DNA of 64,000 nt from Smithellaceae bacterium (lineage in GTDB: Bacteria > Desulfobacterota > Syntrophia > Syntrophales > Smithellaceae), in the NCBI GenBank assembly GCA_963667845.2, contig CAXXVL010000002.1:2368001-2432000 (forward strand). Reading direction: 5' to 3'. The notes beneath the pieces are model-generated. The model did not search any database and had not been told where the DNA came from. It saw nothing but the letters and a program-made list of their open reading frames with translations. Positions 60,601 to 64,000 of the stretch are shown here, one piece after another (position 1 is the first letter of the stretch; the number at the start of each line of letters is the position of its first letter). Made by a program: the position numbers and the translations under genes.

Positions 60601-63389
60601 CCGGCAATATCGACGACCGCAATGTAGAATTTCAGGGCCTCCCTGGAGGCGGCCCAGGAATCGGGCTTGATGCCGATCAGGTATTGCGAATTCCACAGCG
60701 GAACACGCGAAGAGATCGTCGAGATTTCTCCGTTGGGGTCGGCAAATTCCATCTCGCTTAAGAGTTCCTTCGGAACATCCGCCTGCGGCAATTTGTCGAT
60801 GTTGACCCGGAGCGATCCCGCCGGTTCCAGAGTAAGGTTTCTCACGGGCAGCGTGACGCCTTGCGTGCCTTCGCCTTCTTCGCCGTCATCGGCCGCATAC
60901 TCGCCGCGCCGGCTGATGCCTTCGGCCACCTTGCCGTTGGCGAAAACGAAGTCGTCATAGCCATCAAAGGCCCCGATAAATCTGGGGCGCACCTCTGACC
61001 GCAGCTTGACCGGCAGATTCCCCGCGCCGCCGCCGGCCAGATACGAAACGCCAAGGTCGAGCGTCACTTCCCGGGCGCTGATCAGCGGTTTGGCGGGGGG
61101 CTGTATGACGCCGCGCATCAGCGGTATCCGGTATTCTTCGACACGGAAGCCGCCGGCAGGATAGTCTGAGAGTGAAATCCTGTATTGCCCCAGTTTTGCC
61201 TCTTTAGGAATGGCCCAGGTCGTCTCGGCAATTCCCCTGGCATCCCACGTCAGCGGGAATTCATATTTTTGTTCGCTTCCGGAGTGTGTGATGATGACTT
61301 TGTCAGGGCGCTTGGCCTGGGAAAAATAGCGGAACCCCGACGGCGCATGTTCGCGAAGAACATGCTTCATATGCACGGTGTCACCTGCGCGCAGAAGCGT
61401 CCTGTCGAAAATGGTGTGTGCGATGACCGGGTCGTGGTAGGATTCCGAAACAAGCTGAAAACGCCAGGGCTCGATGCCCTTGTCCCAGCTCCCATGCACG
61501 AAGGTCATGTCATCGCCGCTTTGCGCCGTAACAAACAAGCCGCCCTGGAGGCCCGAGAGCTGATAGCTTTCATCATAGCGCCAGTCGTGGTTTTCATCTT
61601 CTTTAAACGAACACATGGGCAGGTCGCTTTCGCCGGGCAGCTTCTCATTAATGGCGGCGACGCCTGCGGCATTGGTCTTGCCTCTCCAGAGAATCTTATC
61701 CTGGCAGCTCCGGATCGTGATGTCGGCTCCTTTGACCGGTTGGGCGCGGTCGAGCGTCGTAACCCAGACGAGCGACGATTCGCGGCCCTGCTTGAAATGC
61801 GCGGAGAGATTGGTGACGAGCGCCGCGGTCTGGACATACAGGGGTTGATCCCCGCCCAAAAGCGATTTGCCTAAGGTTCGGCTTTCCAGTTCCACAACAT
61901 AGAAGCCCGGACGGCCAAGCGGTATGCCCATGACTTCGAACGCTTTGGTGCCGTTGGGTTTGGGAAGAGTAACACGCCGGGGCTTGGCGCCGCTTGTGAA
62001 GACGGATTTCGTCCGCGAGACGGTGGCGACTCTTCTGAGCCATCCCTGGATGTCTTTGCCGCGGTCCGCCTTGATATTCAGAATTTTTCCCGAAACGTCG
62101 GCGTTCGCGGTTTTGCTTCCGGCCGATGTGACGCTCAACTCCGAGAGCTTGAGCGATGCTTCCAGGTTGCGGACCGTGACGGGAAGGAGCCCGCCGGCCC
62201 TGGATTCCAGAATACCGAAGCGCCCGGAAAACTTGGCGAGCGGCGGATACTCGCCTGTGCGGACCGCAAGCGGGTATTGATTGGCGTTGACGAGTTTTCG
62301 CGAGGCGTCATCCGTAAGGCCCCGCGGCAGTTCGATCGTAAATTTTGATTTTTCCGGAAACGGTCCGTTAAACGAAACAGAGGAAACGTCTGTTTCGTTC
62401 TGATCGAACACCGCAATCCATATTCCCTTATTGGGTCCGACGATTAATGCAGTGTCCTTTTTCGCTTTTCCGGCGGGCAGAGGCTTTGTCTTGGGATCGG
62501 CCGACCGCAGGACTATTTTTTTGGCTTGCTCTTTAGACACCGGCGCAGTGAAATTAACCGACATCGGGAGAAACGGGATGCAGTCCGATTGCGGGTTCTC
62601 TCTGGAACAGGAAAATTGTGCGACAAACTCGCGGCGCGTTTCGTAGGCGAAGACCTGGTCGAGCTCAGTTGCCACGCCCGTTTTTGATTTTATGCCTTTG
62701 CCCCAGATGAGTCTAAGCTTGGTATCGTTGGGGAAGCGCTGCTTGCACTGGATTAAAATAATCGGGGGTTCCTTCTTGTCCGCGTCCGACCGTCCGTACC
62801 GCCCCCGTCTCATCGCGTGGGTCGCGAGGAGTTTGTCTCTGGCTTTTCCCTCGATGATTCGAATGCCGATGGGATCAACGATGCCGTCGACCGAGAAGGT
62901 GACGTGCCTGAGGACGGACGCGATGTCCGGTTCGGCGTCGAGGGTCAGAATGAAAATCTGTTCTTCATCGATAATGTTGAAGCCTTCATACGGCATTTGC
63001 CGGATAACGGCGGGGCCGCCCGTGGAAAAATTGAAAACCGTCCGTCCCGTAAGGGTAGCCCCGGCCAGGCTTTTCAGGCCGGGCCTCAGGGTGAATTTGC
63101 AGGCAACACCCGCGGGAAGGTCCGCAGTGAAATCATAAATCCAGTTCCTGCCGTCCGCCCAGCGGCTTTTGCCCGGGGCGGAGCAGGCGATATCGAAGGG
63201 ATCGGAGAGACTCCGCGGGTCGCCGAAGGGCACCATCTGTTCAGAGAACCGGACGCTCACCTGGCGGACGCCTTTCACCGTACCCTGGGGGCTGAAGACT
63301 TCCACTCCCGGCGGATCGGCGGCGAATCCGGAAAAATTCCAGAAGAAGAACAGGAAAAGAATGGCCACGGCGGATAAGGTACGTCTCAT
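57633..63389 (-). CDS. Bacterial alpha-2-macroglobulin
   Basis: Signal peptide, MG-domain patterns (F.VEEY, AAVDEG, DSLTSFRI), thioester motif YTCLEQ, ATRVEAMYYPE; pairing with pbpC. Confidence 0.93.
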   Translation of the reverse strand: MRRTLSAVAILFLFFFWNFSGFAADPPGVEVFSPQGTVKGVRQVSVRFSEQMVPFGDPRSLSDPFDIACSAPGKSRWADGRNWIYDFTADLPAGVACKFTLRPGLKSLAGATLTGRTVFNFSTGGPAVIRQMPYEGFNIIDEEQIFILTLDAEPDIASVLRHVTFSVDGIVDPIGIRIIEGKARDKLLATHAMRRGRYGRSDADKKEPPIILIQCKQRFPNDTKLRLIWGKGIKSKTGVATELDQVFAYETRREFVAQFSCSRENPQSDCIPFLPMSVNFTAPVSKEQAKKIVLRSADPKTKPLPAGKAKKDTALIVGPNKGIWIAVFDQNETDVSSVSFNGPFPEKSKFTIELPRGLTDDASRKLVNANQYPLAVRTGEYPPLAKFSGRFGILESRAGGLLPVTVRNLEASLKLSELSVTSAGSKTANADVSGKILNIKADRGKDIQGWLRRVATVSRTKSVFTSGAKPRRVTLPKPNGTKAFEVMGIPLGRPGFYVVELESRTLGKSLLGGDQPLYVQTAALVTNLSAHFKQGRESSLVWVTTLDRAQPVKGADITIRSCQDKILWRGKTNAAGVAAINEKLPGESDLPMCSFKEDENHDWRYDESYQLSGLQGGLFVTAQSGDDMTFVHGSWDKGIEPWRFQLVSESYHDPVIAHTIFDRTLLRAGDTVHMKHVLREHAPSGFRYFSQAKRPDKVIITHSGSEQKYEFPLTWDARGIAETTWAIPKEAKLGQYRISLSDYPAGGFRVEEYRIPLMRGVIQPPAKPLISAREVTLDLGVSYLAGGGAGNLPVKLRSEVRPRFIGAFDGYDDFVFANGKVAEGISRRGEYAADDGEEGEGTQGVTLPVRNLTLEPAGSLRVNIDKLPQADVPKELLSEMEFADPNGEISTISSRVPLWNSQYLIGIKPDSWAASREALKFYIAVVDIAGAPVIGAAVKVNILERKTYSHRKRLIGGFYAYEHTTETKNIGTICEGKTGARGLLVCEAKAPVSGNVILQAESADAAGHRTIANRDIWVADKEDWWFDVSDSDRIDLIAEKKRYEPGDKAVFQVRMPFREATALVTVEREGILDTWVRPLSGKNPVIEIPVKASYAPNVYISALLVRGRVAGIGPGNKVDLGKPAYKLGIAEINVGWKNHELKVSVTPDAKIYKVRDKAKVKIKVLTASGQALPAHAEVAVAAVDEGLLELMPNRSWEILAAMMGRRGTSVKTATAQMQVVGKRHFGLKALAQGGGGGLGPGHEPTREMFDPLLLWKGRVTLDARGEASLEVPINDSLTSFRIVAVATAGAGYFGTGYASIRSTQDLMVLSGVTPLIREGDKFFAGFTLRNTTNQPMEVTLRATVSEMKWQIEPLHATLAAGESKEIGWNATAPFGIEKMHWTIDAKDTKSGAADRIKIAQAIVPATPVRTYQATITQLDSPFRMDVERPADALAGRGGVKTTLKPKISDGLDGVTDYMRRYSYTCLEQRISRAIALHDAALWKETMAKLPAHLDDTGLARYFPMSFLCGSPSLTAYILAIAHEAGLIIPEAAREKMQSGLKNFIDGKFICASSFSAADLSIRKLAAIEALSRDGKATAAMLGSISIDPNLWPTSALIDWRNILRNVRDLPQREARIREAEQILRSRMNFQGTTMGFSTERSDRLWWLMVSVDVNAVRALITLMNEPGWKEDMPRLAQGALARQKRGHWDLTVANAWGVLAMDKFSKTFEAVPVGGQTATTLAQQTRVLKWNTDPRGRSELLAWPQKKSALSVNHTGTGKPWLTVSSLAAIPLKEPFSSGYRIKKTITAVSQKNPQRWTRGDVIRIRLDLEAQADQTWVVVNDPVPAGTTILGGGLGRDSEMLTSGEKKEGWVWPAFEERSFEAFRAYYEFVPKGTWRVEYTIRLNTGGTFHLPATRVEAMYYPEMLGEMPNAAMTVAP

Positions 63390-63838
63390 AACGTTTCTCC
63401 TTTTCAAGAAGATTCAAGGATCAATGGACAAGATGTTTCGGCGGTAAAAATTCTTTTTCAAGATGGCGCTTTTGCTTCAGGGCTCGGATAATACGTGAAT
63501 CCATTCCGACCGTCAATATCTAATAAGCTTTGAATATGCGTAAAGATTTCTTCCGGAGAGACTTTTTTCGAAGATTCAATCGCGTATATGGACGATACAA
63601 AATTGAACCGCAAAAAGGACGATTAGAACAAAATTGTCTGGAGCAAAAAGGATTGCCAATCTCCTTCATTATTTTTTTCAGTGATTTGCCGGTGACGACG
63701 GTGTTGTCTCCCTTTCGCGTAACCTTCAGGTTAGGAGGGGGTTAGGGGGAGGTGTGTTACGTGATGCTTCTTTGATCCTCTTGGGGTATCATCGGCTGTT
63801 TTGTCTGGCGGTTCGCAGATGAGGGGGGCTGTTTCAAT

Positions 63839-63876
63839 CCTCCCTGCACCCCCTCACGGAGGGGGATACAGGGAGG
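63839..63876. repeat. REP-like GC-rich palindrome
   Basis: CCTCCCTGCACCCCCTC-ACG-GAGGGGGATACAGGGAGG. Confidence 0.7.
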
Positions 63877-64000
63877 AATACAAAGGAGGAGAGGGGACAT
63901 AAAAAATAGCGTCTAACTTTGCGCGACATATAGGAGGAACAGCCTATTTTCCCTTACTTGGCAAAGAAGCAGATCATTTTTTGTGTCACGATGTCCGAAA

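Noticed and set aside
56222..60761. Long antisense ORFs (e.g. 56222-57370, 58914-59831, 59865-60761; also 15846-16877 and 21564-22532)
   Set aside because: Shadow frames of GC-rich, well-supported genes on the opposite strand; no recognisable motifs
63831..63876. GTTTCAATCC... resembling a type I-C CRISPR repeat
   Set aside because: Single copy, and better explained as part of a longer REP-like palindrome (63839-63876)
63954..64000. Possible 3' end of a minus-strand gene (SDIVTQKMICFFAK*)
   Set aside because: Too short at the window edge to support a call

Overview
Bacterial chromosomal window whose gene content and synteny point to an anaerobic, probably syntrophic deltaproteobacterium (Syntrophales/Smithella-like; inference). 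Left end: the housekeeping block dnaG(partial)-rpoD-tRNA(CAT)-Zn-ribbon protein-rnhA-rnpB. The RpoD is full length, but its region 4.2 (-35 recognition helix) appears to have degenerated in frame into an acidic stretch, even though several near-perfect TTGACA-N17-TATAGT/TATATT promoters are visible in the same window. Next comes an orphan ATP synthase c-subunit gene co-oriented with an output-less Cache-like membrane protein behind a sigma-54-type promoter, facing a small membrane protein/histidine kinase/NtrC-type operon. An AT-rich orphan ORF between inverted palindromic repeats and yihA follow. Two tandem Hdr-Mvh-Flx-type electron-bifurcation clusters occupy 14.7-31.1 kb; the first has a UGA(Sec)-containing MvhD and the second a Cys MvhD. 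Further right are an aldehyde:ferredoxin oxidoreductase, a putative hybrid kinase-Hpt-REC/GspE-ATPase phosphorelay, a GH16-like FN3 lipoprotein, assorted enzymes and transporters, an L,D-transpeptidase/VanX-like dipeptidase/symporter operon, a diguanylate cyclase, and alpha-2-macroglobulin-pbpC. No CRISPR array, transposase or integrase was seen. All calls come from motif reading only; no database searches were run.
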